DNA of 34,019 nucleotides, from positions 1 to 34,019 of the IMG/VR virus record IMGVR_UViG_3300032242_004047. One strand, written 5' to 3'. Positions 16,311-25,185 of the stretch are shown here, piece by piece. Position numbers and translations under genes: made by a program. This stretch comes from a virus (lineage: Duplodnaviria > Caudoviricetes). Numbering within the stretch: the stretch's first letter is position 1; each line of letters starts with the position of its first letter. The notes under the pieces are model-generated. The model worked only from the letters and a program-made list of their open reading frames with translations. It was not told where the DNA came from and made no database searches.

Positions 16311-17771
16311 TCAATTATCCTGATCCCCAGCTTTCGTATTCGCTGGCTCAGGGACAGCAGCACCCGGAACGATTGCTCCCGTGCTCGGGTGCCACAGAAA
16401 ATCTAAAGGGACGCTATACTTCGCTGCCAAATCCATGAGGAGTCGCGCGTCCTGCGCCCGAATCTCAGCCTGCTCCTCAAAGTCCAAACCCAGTTCTGCA
16501 TACGACTCGGACAGCGTTTTGAGACCAGTCTCCACATCAGCACGGTTTTGCTGTGCCTCACGCCCGGCATCCACTGTTACCCGGGCCGGCTTTTGGAACC
16601 GAACTTTCCACCAATCTGCAACCACCGGAAGGGCACCCGTAGCAACAGCGTCTCCGATCACATACGCCCAGACAGGCCGCAAAAGACGCGAAATCAGAAT
16701 CAACTGCCGGAAAGCAAACCGGCGTCCCGCCTTGGCAACGATAAGACGCACACCCGCACCTCCCACTTTGCTCGAGTCTGCTGCGAACTCAAACGGAAGC
16801 ACACCCAGCGCTGAATTACGGTGTAAATGCTCGAGAAATCCAGTGAACACAGGACTCGGCCGGTTTGACTGGAAACTCTCGAGAGATTCGTTTGGTTTCA
16901 GCGCCACGAGTTTGCCTCCCACAATCCGCTGAAGCTCTGTGGGATCGCTTCCATCAGGGCCGGACGCCATTGAGGGCAGGCTGAAGTCGCCGCTCTCATC
17001 CAATTCTCCGCGCTCGGTTTTTAGCACCCTGGCAATGTCGGCATTGTCCTTTACCGCATGCTTTTCCAGGGCCAGCAGCTCCATCTCGTCGATGATGTGG
17101 TTGATTGAGTGCTGGAGCGTGGGTGCATGGCGGATCGCTGTGGCTGATTCAGGTTCAAATACATGAAGCACCGAGTCTGCCGGCAGATCTCGAACTCCTC
17201 CTCCGTCCTCGATAGTGCGATAAAACGTAGGGGCTCCGAACGCATCTACCCCAATCCCATCATGAGAAGCAGTGGAACCGGCAAGATCTCCGATTCGGTG
17301 GGACTCGATGAGTTGCAAGCGAGGGCGTCCATCGGCTCCTCGGGTCTTGTGAACGAAGTATTCTCCGTCCACGTCCATGGCGCGGCAGATAATCGACTGG
17401 CATTCCTCAAACGAAAACCGATTCGTCACCTCACAACGCGCAGCCCATCGGCTAAAATACTCCTCGGCCTGCTTGTTCCAGAGCGGATCCCCAGTTTGAG
17501 CCTGCGGCTTGATGCCGTCACCCGTCGAGTAGATGGCCATGTTCCCAACCAGCTCCCGAACAAAACCCGAGTTCTTGTGCAGGTAGCGCGAGCGTCGCAC
17601 GAGTTCCCGCCGGACTGCGGGCGATAGATCCCGTTTGCCGTCCTGCGGAGGCACACCCGGTACACGGTTCCTGCGCTGGGAGTAGTTGGCTCCTTCATAA
17701 GCCGACCACCACGCCTTCGGGACTAGTACAGGCGGCAGGAAGCGGAGCGCATACCGTACAAGCGGGTTCAT
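16311..17771 (-). CDS. Portal protein, lambda family
   Basis: 486 aa; RELVRRSRYL.KN.GFV, ..DGEYF, RLQLIES.RI, VDAGREAQ......V..GL.T patterns; between gpW-like gene and protease. Confidence 0.88.
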   Translation of the reverse strand: MNPLVRYALRFLPPVLVPKAWWSAYEGANYSQRRNRVPGVPPQDGKRDLSPAVRRELVRRSRYLHKNSGFVRELVGNMAIYSTGDGIKPQAQTGDPLWNKQAEEYFSRWAARCEVTNRFSFEECQSIICRAMDVDGEYFVHKTRGADGRPRLQLIESHRIGDLAGSTASHDGIGVDAFGAPTFYRTIEDGGGVRDLPADSVLHVFEPESATAIRHAPTLQHSINHIIDEMELLALEKHAVKDNADIARVLKTERGELDESGDFSLPSMASGPDGSDPTELQRIVGGKLVALKPNESLESFQSNRPSPVFTGFLEHLHRNSALGVLPFEFAADSSKVGGAGVRLIVAKAGRRFAFRQLILISRLLRPVWAYVIGDAVATGALPVVADWWKVRFQKPARVTVDAGREAQQNRADVETGLKTLSESYAELGLDFEEQAEIRAQDARLLMDLAAKYSVPLDFLWHPSTGAIVPGAAVPEPANTKAGDQDN

Positions 17772-18028
17772 AAGGGCAGGAATGTGGATACTCCGGACTG
17801 TGCGGTCCGGCGTCGCGCTCCGTAGGTTTCAGGATCAAGTGTTCTGAGAGCGAAGGCACACTCCTCCAGCACCTCTTTGACCGGCATCGCGAACTGGCGC
17901 GTTGCATTCGAGCCTCCATCCGCCCAGCTCATGAGCGTTTTGCCCTCCATGAGCATCTCCTTAGCCTTGCTCTGAATCAGCACGACCTCAGCGATGGTAA
18001 AGCCAACAACAAATAATCCCTGCGCCAT
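17768..18028 (-). CDS. Head completion protein (gpW-like by position)
   Basis: 86 aa immediately upstream of the portal with ATGA overlap; TTGACAC-N12-ATG. Confidence 0.6.
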   Translation of the reverse strand: MAQGLFVVGFTIAEVVLIQSKAKEMLMEGKTLMSWADGGSNATRQFAMPVKEVLEECAFALRTLDPETYGARRRTAQSGVSTFLPL

Positions 18029-18053
18029 GCTCGAGGTGGTGTGTCAACGGGGG

Positions 18054-18518
18054 CTAAGATGCCAGATGCGCTGCCCCACCGATGATGCGGTAATCGACAA
18101 CGATCTTCCCAATCGCCAAAGGAGCAAACTTCCTGAACGCAGCAACCGTCAGATCAATCCCGTGACCGGTTCCGGGAGACGGTCCCAGATCAATCACAGG
18201 CATCGAGATCCTTTTGTCAATGTGGGTCACTTCCACCTGTGTTCCCCAAGGCACGCGTGGGATCGGGGAACCGCCACACGGTCCAAAGTTCATCGGCAAG
18301 GCACATGCGACGATCTCCGGGCGTTTAACCGTGCTGATACCGCTTGCGGTTTCGCCGTTGTCCTCAGGGTCGTTAGCTCCTCCAAACCACGTCGCCACGG
18401 TCTGTCGCACCACCAGATCTGCTCCGTCCACCTCCACGACAAACTCAAACCGGGGATCGTCGCTTTTCACAGTTCGAGGTTTGCAGAACCCGAAGATCCT
18501 TTTAAGCCACGCAATCAC
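18054..18518 (-). CDS. Putative endolysin with RlpA-like double-psi beta-barrel (lytic transglycosylase) fold
   Basis: ATWFGG..D...GETASG...ACALP...PWGTQVEVT...VIDLGP....IDLTVAAF; GTG 18518 starts just after the upstream stop at 18521. Confidence 0.65.
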   Translation of the reverse strand: MIAWLKRIFGFCKPRTVKSDDPRFEFVVEVDGADLVVRQTVATWFGGANDPEDNGETASGISTVKRPEIVACALPMNFGPCGGSPIPRVPWGTQVEVTHIDKRISMPVIDLGPSPGTGHGIDLTVAAFRKFAPLAIGKIVVDYRIIGGAAHLAS

Positions 18519-18520
18519 GG

Positions 18521-19219
18521 TTAGCGCGAAGGAGGCCGAACCGAAGCAGCGGCATTGTTGAGCCCCGTGGCTATGTGTTCGGTGATCGTAGCGGCATTTT
18601 TCTCTCCCGCACGCGAGAGGGCGTCTGCTGCCACTGTCCCAAGCTGCCCCGCAAGCGTCTGCCACTGCGTGCCATCGTTGGGACTCCAGATCTTCACGAT
18701 CTTTTCTACATCCTCAGAAGAAATGACGGTGGTACCGTTCTCCCGTAAGCCCGCTGCCACTGAATCGAGAAAGTCAGCTTTGAATCCCTTGTCTGCCTCG
18801 TCCGTGGCAACAGCAAGCAGAACTCGGCTCGCCACCTCAAGTGCCCGTTGCTCCACGACTCGAACCGTGGCGTTCCATTGCTGCTGGTGGGCTGCAACCC
18901 AACTGCACGCTGTAAACCCAAGCAGCGACAACGAAGCCGCTATGATCAGGGCTGGAGTATTCTCTCCGGCCAGAGGTCTGCCTGAATCACCCTTGTCATT
19001 AGGCACGTTCCCGCCCGTGACCTGCTTATCTTTGGCCGCGTAGGCAAAGGTACCGCCGGAAACAACAGCGATCAGTCCTGCAATCCCAGTGATCGATTCG
19101 CGCACATGTTCGGGAAGGAACGCGATGAGCTTAGGATTCATCGCAATGGCAGAAGCCAATACCGTAATCCAGCCGGTGAGAGTCGTGCGCCAGTTAGCGC
19201 CAAGAAAGGTGGTCATCAT
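18521..19219 (-). CDS. Holin-like membrane protein with an internal lipobox-like motif
   Basis: NWRTTLTG, two hydrophobic helices and AKDKQVTGG, then a third hydrophobic segment ending LGFTA-C105; directly upstream of the putative lysin; TTGACAC-N12-ATG. Confidence 0.6.
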   Translation of the reverse strand: MMTTFLGANWRTTLTGWITVLASAIAMNPKLIAFLPEHVRESITGIAGLIAVVSGGTFAYAAKDKQVTGGNVPNDKGDSGRPLAGENTPALIIAASLSLLGFTACSWVAAHQQQWNATVRVVEQRALEVASRVLLAVATDEADKGFKADFLDSVAAGLRENGTTVISSEDVEKIVKIWSPNDGTQWQTLAGQLGTVAADALSRAGEKNAATITEHIATGLNNAAASVRPPSR

Positions 19220-20541
19220 TCCCCGGCCTCCGTGTCAATCTGGGTACGCGCTGAAAACTCAGCCATCGCATCGATCTCCACCCCATCGCGTACTCGCAAC
19301 ACCGCTCGGTCTTCCCCCAGACTCAGCCAGCGTTTTACGATCACATCGCAGTAAGCGGGGGAGATCTCCAAGCCGTAGACCCGCCGTCCCAACTGTTCGC
19401 CCGCAATCAGCTGGCTTCCACTCCCGCTAAATGGCTCGTAACACAGTCCGCTCCTCTTGGTGTGCTGGCGCATTGCGATCGCAAAGCACTCCAGCGGCTT
19501 TGGCGTGGGGTGATCCGGCCGCTCATCATTGTTAAGCCCCTCAATCTCCCAGACGCTCCGCTCATAGTCGCCAGTCTCCCGGGGTGGCTTGTTCCCTTTA
19601 ATCCAGCCCATGAAGCAGGGCTCGTGCGCCCATAGGTACCAGGAGCGGGTCAGAATCGGTCGATTCGGTTTGGCCCAAATGATCTGTTGATGGACAAACG
19701 CGCCGTTCTTCTCCCACGCATCCTCCACCATTCTCTGCCTGCGGCTTGCGTGCCAGCAGTACCACGCAGCCGCTGGCTCAATCGCCTCGGCAATGGCTAC
19801 CTTGATGAAGCGGTCATAGAGGTCGCAGTTTCGCTCATCATCGGCTTCATCCCACGTTGCTCCGTAGGTTTCGCTCCAGTCGGTGTTTTTCGTCGATGTC
19901 GATCCGGGATGATTCGTGCCGTTGTAGCCGACCAAGTACGGCGGATCGGTTGCGAAGAGGATCGCCCGCTCGCCATTCATCAAGCGCCTAACATCGTCTG
20001 CATTGGTTGAGTCACCGCAGAGCAACCGATGATTACCGAGCAGATACAAATCACCCGGCTTCGTGAGTGGATTGACTGGAGGCGGAGCAACTGTGTTTTC
20101 AGTCTCCTCCTTAGTTTCGAGGCGATCGAGTAAATCGTCGAGTGAGTCCTGATCAAAACCCGTAAGATCGAGATCAATCTGGCCATCGAGTTCTTTGAGC
20201 AACGCCTTGAGCGCGTCGTCATCCTGTTCAGCCAGTTCAGCAATGCGGTTGTCCCCGATCAGATCCGCCCACTCCGCAGCCTCGTTCTCGTAGTTTTGAA
20301 AGTCCACAGGCACTCGCTCGGATTCCAGGAGCTTCGCCGCTTCGAGTCTGCCGTGGCCTTTCACTACAAACCCGGAGCGCGAAGACACCACAATGGGGGA
20401 GCGCCATCTTTGAGCCCGGATGATTTTGGCGAGCAGTTTGATTTGGTTCTCCGGATGGCGATTCGGATTCCGGGGATTGGGTACCAGCTTCTCGATATCG
20501 ACGAGTTCGGTGTGGGCGCAAAAAACAGCGGGATCGGTCAT
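19216..20541 (-). CDS. ParB-N domain DNA methyltransferase (N6-adenine/N4-cytosine, beta-type motif order)
   Basis: LVPNPRNPNRH..GHGRLEAA (ParB-like), HRLLCGDST, TDPPY, HPTPKP, EPFSGSGS, GLEISPAYCDVIV; start placed at Met 20541 (13 nt after TTGACAC). Confidence 0.9.
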   Translation of the reverse strand: MTDPAVFCAHTELVDIEKLVPNPRNPNRHPENQIKLLAKIIRAQRWRSPIVVSSRSGFVVKGHGRLEAAKLLESERVPVDFQNYENEAAEWADLIGDNRIAELAEQDDDALKALLKELDGQIDLDLTGFDQDSLDDLLDRLETKEETENTVAPPPVNPLTKPGDLYLLGNHRLLCGDSTNADDVRRLMNGERAILFATDPPYLVGYNGTNHPGSTSTKNTDWSETYGATWDEADDERNCDLYDRFIKVAIAEAIEPAAAWYCWHASRRQRMVEDAWEKNGAFVHQQIIWAKPNRPILTRSWYLWAHEPCFMGWIKGNKPPRETGDYERSVWEIEGLNNDERPDHPTPKPLECFAIAMRQHTKRSGLCYEPFSGSGSQLIAGEQLGRRVYGLEISPAYCDVIVKRWLSLGEDRAVLRVRDGVEIDAMAEFSARTQIDTEAGE

Positions 20542-20552
20542 GCCCACACCCC

Positions 20553-20579
20553 AAGTGTCAACGACTTGCTTTGACACTT
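20553..20579. promoter_or_regulatory. Inverted repeat of the TTGACAC motif between divergent units
   Basis: AAGTGTCAA-CGACTTGCT-TTGACACTT, perfect 9-bp arms with a 9-nt spacer. Confidence 0.6.
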
Positions 20580-20715
20580 TTGCAGCATTGATAAGCCACA
20601 CGCAACCCGTGTGCCTGTTCGCCATAAATAGCTCTATTCCATGCAACTAAAGATCACGGAATCCACTCTAATTCACTTCCAATCACTAGCCATATCGAGG
20701 CTGTATGGCGTCGCA

Positions 20716-20937
20716 ATGAAAACGCTCAACAAACCACGCAAACCCGCTTCAAAGAACGCATTGGACGCCTTCACACACGAGGTTGGAAGCGCCAGAGAGC
20801 TGGTCACGCTGATCCGCCGCTTCCTCGACGAACACATGGAAACAACACCAGACGAAGTAAACTGGGCCAACGTCGGGGACGCCGCACGCATCCGGGCAGG
20901 ACTCCAAGAGATCGCTCAGACCTTCAACCTGAACTGA
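20716..20937 (+). CDS. Small phage protein (NALDAF...PDEVNWANVG type)
   Basis: Resembles small proteins commonly found next to phage methylase/terminase genes; first gene of a tightly spaced three-gene plus-strand cassette. Confidence 0.7.
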   Translation: MKTLNKPRKPASKNALDAFTHEVGSARELVTLIRRFLDEHMETTPDEVNWANVGDAARIRAGLQEIAQTFNLN

Positions 20938-20940
20938 ACC

Positions 20941-21159
20941 ATGAGCGCAAAACCCCAACCCACAGCTCACCCCGCCAGCGAACTCATCGCAGAAATCGCA
21001 CGCCAGATTCTGCTGATTGAAACACTCGAGGAACGCCGCATGGACAGCCTCGACTTCCACGAAGTGGCCGTCTGGCAGGTTCAAAAGGCTTTGGAAACAG
21101 CCTTCGACGCTGGCCGCAAGAGCCGCAACAAACGCACCCCCAAACAAAAGAAGGCATAG
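20941..21159 (+). CDS. DUF6900-like protein
   Basis: IETLEERRMDSLDFHEVAVWQVQKALETAFDAG pattern. Confidence 0.75.
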   Translation: MSAKPQPTAHPASELIAEIARQILLIETLEERRMDSLDFHEVAVWQVQKALETAFDAGRKSRNKRTPKQKKA

Positions 21160-21163
21160 GTCT

Positions 21164-21481
21164 ATGAAACACAGCAAAAGCAGCCCAAAGGAGAATTCGT
21201 CCCAACCTTCAGAACCGCTCGGCGAAACAAAACAAGCTGGCCGCAAAAGCAAAATCCTCGGCTTTTCCGCCTGCGCAGTAGCCAAGGCGCTGGGACGAGC
21301 CGGGATCAAGCTCGAGGAAGCCGATCTAATCCTGCGCAAACACGGAGTGGAGATGAGCCGCGCAAGCCTATCAGTGCAGCTCGGCTTCGGGCGAAACGAA
21401 GCTACTTGGGAAAAGCGGGGCGAACCAGCTCCGCTTACAGAAGACCAAATCGCCAAGCTGCGGCTGGCACTCAGTGAGTAA
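21164..21481 (+). CDS. Hypothetical protein (105 aa)
   Basis: ATG 4 nt after the previous stop; ends convergently 2 nt from the terL stop. Confidence 0.6.
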   Translation: MKHSKSSPKENSSQPSEPLGETKQAGRKSKILGFSACAVAKALGRAGIKLEEADLILRKHGVEMSRASLSVQLGFGRNEATWEKRGEPAPLTEDQIAKLRLALSE

Positions 21482-21483
21482 AC

Positions 21484-23295
21484 CTACTCATCCGCAGGCT
21501 CGAGCTCCTGGACGGCCTCGCGGCCAATGATCTTGAGCATCGTGGCTGCTGCCACCTGCATGCACTCGCAATCCCACAGGTGATTAGCGCGGTGGCCAAT
21601 CTGCAGCCATATCCATTTGCCCTTTTCCTTCACCCGGTGCTCGCTCTCCATCTGCGCGAGATAATCCTCGGGCACATTGTCTGGCACTTCCCATGTCACA
21701 CCGTTCGCCGGGTCCTGATTGCGCCGTAACCGAGCAAGGCTATCCTTGATGTTCAGGTTGCTCCAGTAGTGCACAAAGCACGAGCGCCCGTGTGAGATTA
21801 CCACTTTCCGACTTGGGCTGTAGAAGCGTTGGATCGGTTTTCCACTCTTGCCCTTGTGGACGAACGTTGCCCGCCGATCCCCAATCAGCGCCACCCAGCC
21901 GCGTTCGGAACATTGCCGGTAGACCTCATAGGCCGCGTGCCCCGCATCAATGAACACGAGATTGGAGTGAACTCCGAAGCGCTTCTGGACAGCATCAATG
22001 TCCTCCCACGACAGCACCCGTTCGCTCCATAGCAAGCGAGACGAACCTTCCACTGACCAGGAACGCACCACCAAAAAGAAGTGGTCCATCTGGCAGTCCA
22101 CCGTGAGGAACCTCAGGGGAATCAGCTTTGCCCCCGATTCAAATGGCGGAGCAACAATCCGGCCCGAGCCGTCCACTGCTCCCTCGTCCTTCCAGCCTTC
22201 CCCGAGTCGATAGCCACTTCGGGTGATATCCAGTTTGAAATCCTCGACGTACTCCCGCCACGGCAACCCCAGCCGCTTCTGATAGAACTGTTGCAGCAGA
22301 CTGGCGTCGCCCTTTCGTGCTGCCTGTTTTGCCCGCAGATACAACTCCGCAAGCTGCCCCCACGACATCGTGGCGATCGCGTTCCAGTGAAACCCTACGT
22401 TCTCCCGGGCAGCGCGGGGATTTTGGACGACGAACCGACCCGTCGCACTCAAGCGACGACGACTTTCATCCGAATCCGGGATACCCGCCCTACACGAAGC
22501 ACACAGCAACACCGTGGACGCCCGCAGCCGGGCGAAGTCGTACTGTTCATTCTCGTCCTTACAATCCTTGCTCCACTCCACGTTCTCCCAGAGGAACGGC
22601 TGCCGGTGCTGGCAGTAAGGACATTCAAACGTCCACTCCCGCTGATCGGTTGTTTCAAACTTCCGATGGAAATCGTCCTGTTCTTCGCCGCCCTGGCTCA
22701 TCCAGATACATTTCCCAAGCCAGCCAAAAGCAGTGACGCGAGCCTCGGCTTCGGCCATGTGACCGGGAGGAAACTGCCAGCATTCATCCGCAAAGATCCA
22801 CCGGATCGAACGACGCTGGAGATTGGTTCGGTTGTGCGCTCCGAGCATCCACAACGTCATCCCGCTCGCAAAATGGATCGTCTGGTTCCGCTTCTTGTGC
22901 GGATTACCGGGAAAGCGGTCTCTAACCGGCTGGCACACTTCAAAGAGCTTCTGGAGTCGTGACTCGCTCTGGTCTTTGGCGTCCTCGTCGGTTTCGTTGA
23001 GCCACAATGTGGGGCCCGGTTCGTTGGCGATCACATAGCAAAGGCCAATCTCCCCGGCGAGCGTCTTGGATGCCTGTACCGCTGCCATGACGCAAACATG
23101 CCGCACTTTGGGATCCACTATTGCTTCTAACACCTCACGGATTTGGGGCGAGTTCTCCACGCGGAACCGTCCCGGCATCGGGGAGTACGGGATGGATTCA
23201 ATGTGTTGCTCTGCCCACGCCCAAGGAGGCGAGCGATCCGGTGGTCGCCACGCATCCCTCCAGATGTCATCCAGTGTTACGGGAGTCCCGTTCAT
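21484..23295 (-). CDS. Terminase large subunit, lambda GpA family
   Basis: PPDRSPPWAWAE, AAVQASKT (Walker A variant), WIFADE (Walker B), CPYC..C..C, QQFYQKRLGLPW, LTVDCQ, FIDAG, NHLWDCE; ATG 23295 overlaps the upstream TGA. Confidence 0.92.
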   Translation of the reverse strand: MNGTPVTLDDIWRDAWRPPDRSPPWAWAEQHIESIPYSPMPGRFRVENSPQIREVLEAIVDPKVRHVCVMAAVQASKTLAGEIGLCYVIANEPGPTLWLNETDEDAKDQSESRLQKLFEVCQPVRDRFPGNPHKKRNQTIHFASGMTLWMLGAHNRTNLQRRSIRWIFADECWQFPPGHMAEAEARVTAFGWLGKCIWMSQGGEEQDDFHRKFETTDQREWTFECPYCQHRQPFLWENVEWSKDCKDENEQYDFARLRASTVLLCASCRAGIPDSDESRRRLSATGRFVVQNPRAARENVGFHWNAIATMSWGQLAELYLRAKQAARKGDASLLQQFYQKRLGLPWREYVEDFKLDITRSGYRLGEGWKDEGAVDGSGRIVAPPFESGAKLIPLRFLTVDCQMDHFFLVVRSWSVEGSSRLLWSERVLSWEDIDAVQKRFGVHSNLVFIDAGHAAYEVYRQCSERGWVALIGDRRATFVHKGKSGKPIQRFYSPSRKVVISHGRSCFVHYWSNLNIKDSLARLRRNQDPANGVTWEVPDNVPEDYLAQMESEHRVKEKGKWIWLQIGHRANHLWDCECMQVAAATMLKIIGREAVQELEPADE

Positions 23296-23618
23296 GCGGT
23301 TTTGCAAAAGGCGACGATGCGTTCAATGACGGGTGTCTTGATCTGGTCATCCACCAGCCGGATCACCCGCCAGCCAGCAAGAGCCGCCTCAAGGTACTTC
23401 TCTGCGTCCGCCGTGAATCCCGTCGGGGAGGTGTGTCGTCCACGCACCCAGATTCCGCCTTCAATCTCGATGAGGGTACGCGAGGGCAAATGCGCGAAGT
23501 CCGAGCGCCACTTGCGGGTTGGGTGAAAGCGAAACTCCCGCTCAAGAGCTGGACCATTCATCAGACGCCAAAGCCATTCGAAGTGGGCTTCGAGCTTGGA
23601 GACTTTCCCGGCACTCAC
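23292..23618 (-). CDS. PD-(D/E)XK endonuclease (Vsr/DUF559-like)
   Basis: EFRFHPTRKWRSDFA.....IEIEGG.W..GRH......D.EKY..A...GWRVIR; GTGA overlap with terS. Confidence 0.8.
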   Translation of the reverse strand: MSAGKVSKLEAHFEWLWRLMNGPALEREFRFHPTRKWRSDFAHLPSRTLIEIEGGIWVRGRHTSPTGFTADAEKYLEAALAGWRVIRLVDDQIKTPVIERIVAFCKTA

Positions 23619-24241
23619 GGTGTGACTCCTCCTCCCGAGTGCAGAACCCCACAAACCTCATCAATCGCCTTCGCACACTCCTCCCTGATGCCCTGTGCGT
23701 CTTTACCGCTCAAAATGGGAGGGAGTTCGTTTTCAAATTTCGCACGCAAGAGCGCGATCGCCTTTCCAACCCTTGCCACCCACGAGGTGCGCACATCGTC
23801 GAAGCGGACGAACTCACCCTTTTTGACCGCCACCTTCAACTCCCGCTCCTCCACCTCGGCAAGGAGTTTTCGAGCCTTGAGCTGCTCCACCTCTTGAGAG
23901 TCCTGTCCCTTCAGGCTCCGCGCCTTCACGAACCGCCGCCATTGAGCTAAGGACAGCCCTCCATCGGCCTCCGGTTGCGGTGCATCCTGAAGTTTTCGCC
24001 AGCGGTTGATCGTGCGCACATTCACTCCCAGAAGGGTCGCGAGTTCCTCGTAGCTTTTCGCGGACAGTGTCGGGTCTGTCGACTCCTCTGGAAGCGGACT
24101 TTCACCCGCAGCTTTAGATCGGATGAGCTCACGCTCCGCCGCGGTGAGGGGTTTTCCCTCTGCCACCTTTTTTGCGACGTTCCGAAAGTCAGCGGACAAG
24201 ATTTTGTCAGCCTGCTCGGGAGTGATGAAACTGCTGCTCAT
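23615..24241 (-). CDS. Terminase small subunit (Nu1-like, HTH plus coiled coil)
   Basis: ELATLLGVNVRTINRWRK HTH and KARKL.AE.E.REL.V..KKGEFV coiled coil; upstream of GpA terL. Confidence 0.75.
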   Translation of the reverse strand: MSSSFITPEQADKILSADFRNVAKKVAEGKPLTAAERELIRSKAAGESPLPEESTDPTLSAKSYEELATLLGVNVRTINRWRKLQDAPQPEADGGLSLAQWRRFVKARSLKGQDSQEVEQLKARKLLAEVEERELKVAVKKGEFVRFDDVRTSWVARVGKAIALLRAKFENELPPILSGKDAQGIREECAKAIDEVCGVLHSGGGVTP

Positions 24242-24314
24242 ATGCTGACAGCAGCGGTGTCAAACAGCGGCGCCTGAGGGGCAGTCCTTATGAAGATTAC
24301 GTCTGCGATGTGAC

Positions 24315-24528
24315 CGGACATTGCAGCTACAGGGCTGGCAGTCTTGTCCGGACATTTGAGCGGACATTTTTGGTCCAATGTCCGATTTTTTCAGGGGCCT
24401 CTGAGCGTGATTTGGGAGGATTTCCTCTGTTGGCTGCTCGGAAGGGCTTAAAAGAATCGGACATTCGAAAAAAATACTCCCTCTCTAACTGGCAGGGCGT
24501 CTGGGAGTCCCGCCGAAAACAATGTCCG
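24315..24528. repeat. Six CGGACATT boxes in the non-coding region upstream of terS (candidate cos/terminase-binding region)
   Basis: CGGACATT at 24315, 24349, 24361 and 24458; reverse copy AATGTCCG at 24377 and 24521. Confidence 0.65.
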
Positions 24529-24624
24529 ATGGGACCCCGAAATAGTTCTGAGCCTTCTGCTTATGCTCGGACGCTGCCTTAGGCCTCGCATTAACCCTTC
24601 CATTGCGGGGGGCAGTTGCGTCCA

Positions 24625-25185
24625 TTACTCGTCCTTCTCGGCGACGGTCTGCCGTGTGCGCTGCACCTCTGCGTGGAGATTCACGAACCACTGTAGCTCG
24701 TTGCTCAACACTCGCAGCGCGTCCTCACCCCAAGCCTCCATGGGAGCTTTCTTCGAGCGCGTGTTAAACCAGAGCCGGAACTTGTCCAGAGGCTTAACAA
24801 ACTTGACCCAAGGCGCATCGGCCGGGATGGCTCGTTCAGGCTTGGGTTCCTCGCGAAGGATGCCCGTTGCGAGGTAGGCTTGGCGTAGGGTGTTGCAGTC
24901 CTCCAAATAACCGCTCACATGTGAGCGCTTAAACAGGGCCATGTAACGGCGGGCTGTTTGCTCGGAGATGTCGGGGCAGTTAGCTTCGAGCCAGTCGAGC
25001 CAACCGCCCCGCTCCTTACCGAGCTGCTTCTGTAGGGCCTGCTTTTGATCGACCATCAGTCGTCCGCACTCGAACGCTCGCTCCACGGCTTTTGCGATTT
25101 GCTCCTTCGCGCCGGTGGCGAGAGATAGAGCGTCAGCGTGGGCGAGATTGATTTGTTCAGCGTGATTGACGACGATTTCGTTCAT
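24625..25185 (-). CDS. DUF3102-like protein
   Basis: A.ECGRLM...K......GGWLDWLEANCPDISEQTARRYM pattern; TTGACAC-N12-ATG. Confidence 0.7.
   Translation of the reverse strand: MNEIVVNHAEQINLAHADALSLATGAKEQIAKAVERAFECGRLMVDQKQALQKQLGKERGGWLDWLEANCPDISEQTARRYMALFKRSHVSGYLEDCNTLRQAYLATGILREEPKPERAIPADAPWVKFVKPLDKFRLWFNTRSKKAPMEAWGEDALRVLSNELQWFVNLHAEVQRTRQTVAEKDE

Noticed and set aside
20542-20646. N-terminal extensions given by the ORF track (MTase from 20646, helicase from 29608, lysin from 18665, endonuclease from 23654)
   Set aside because: The extensions overlap neighbouring genes or regulatory DNA; downstream starts fit stop-start coupling or the TTGACAC spacing better
22081-22962. Long antisense ORFs (for example 22081..22962 +, 27821..28834 +, 20749..21456 -)
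   Set aside because: They overlap well-supported genes on the opposite strand, have no recognisable motifs, and are expected shadows in GC-rich DNA
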